Source of the DNA: the human T2T-CHM13v2.0 reference genome, Homo sapiens
Assembly: GCF_009914755.1 (NCBI RefSeq)
Contig: NC_060925.1
Strand: one strand, 5' to 3'
DNA: 64,000 nt
In this document: positions 63,345-64,000 of the stretch, piece after piece
Layout of the letters: each line of letters starts with the position of its first letter
Numbering within the stretch: position 1 is the stretch's first letter
The notes under the pieces: model-generated
Seen by the model: only the letters and a program-made list of their open reading frames with translations
The model's database searches: none
What the model was told of the DNA's origin: nothing
Made by a program: the position numbers and the translations under genes

Positions 63345-63990
63345 GCTGATTTTGCCTTTCAGCATCTATCCTCCTTCTTCTGATTTTCCATCAGGACTTC
63401 CCCACCTCCCTCAGTCTTCGTCTATGTGGTTTGACCAAGGTTTAGCACACACCCAGCTGCGGTGTGAGCATGTGAGCCAGTCCTGACCAATCAACGACTT
63501 CCATCCCCCTAGAAACAGTGTTACGCTCAGAGATGGGCACATGGCCCAGATGGGTCCTCAAGTTAGCCCTTGATTTCTTTATGTAAGTGAGTAAGAGGCC
63601 ACTGCTTTTCTTCAGGGCTGCTAAAGTGGCAAGGATGAGCATGAGTTGCTGGTGACCATCTAGGGAAGAGGCTGTCAGTGAAAGAAGCTAACACAGACAA
63701 ATACAGCAAGAAAAGGTGGAGAAAGTGAGACATAGAGAGGAAGCATGCACATGTCCTAGTCACATTGACTGTGAGACCCATGAAGACAGAGACCCTCTCT
63801 GTTTTGCTCCCTGCTATGTGCCCAGTGCCAAAACACTGCCTGCACAAACCCACTGCCTGACCCCAGAGCAAGGCAAGGCTAAAGCCAGCAGCCCCCCGAG
63901 ACTTCCCAGTTCCGTGAGCCAATCTGTTCCCCCTTCTGTTGCAGCCATTTTGGGTTGTGTTTCTAACACCTACAGCTCAAAGGTCCTAAT
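63345..63990 (+). mobile_element. Old MLT1 (K/L-like) LTR with a nested L2 piece (about 63765-63850)
   Basis: gagcatgtgagccagtcctgaccaatca, gatgggcacatggccca, ttcccagttccgtgagccaat. Confidence 0.55.
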
Positions 63991-64000
63991 CCTGCTCTCT

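Overview
Primate (almost certainly human or great ape; contains AluY and L1PA3/4) intergenic or intronic DNA. The background is fairly GC-rich and dense in MIR and L2 repeats. I can support no host protein-coding gene, RNA gene, CRISPR array or CpG island. The long ORFs come from L1, an ERVL pol relic, Alus or simple repeats. The main structure is a full-length but inactivated L1PA3/PA4 (24068-30246) inserted in a Tigger3-type DNA transposon. It carries a ~310 bp 3' transduction with its own AATAAA, poly(A) and target-site duplication (TSD). Other repeats are about 12 Alus, several solo LTRs with intact TSDs (MLT2, LTR14B, THE1, MSTA), an MST provirus-like element with two dissimilar LTRs, an ERVL remnant, MER1A, old L1M pieces and long GAT-type and polypurine tracts. 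Three short locally copied segments lie about 1.6-1.9 kb from their source, and several AT-rich islands rich in homeodomain motifs look like developmental enhancers. I see no evidence of a wholly new biological system. Repeat subfamily names come from my recall of the consensus sequences and boundaries are approximate; both need RepeatMasker/Dfam confirmation.
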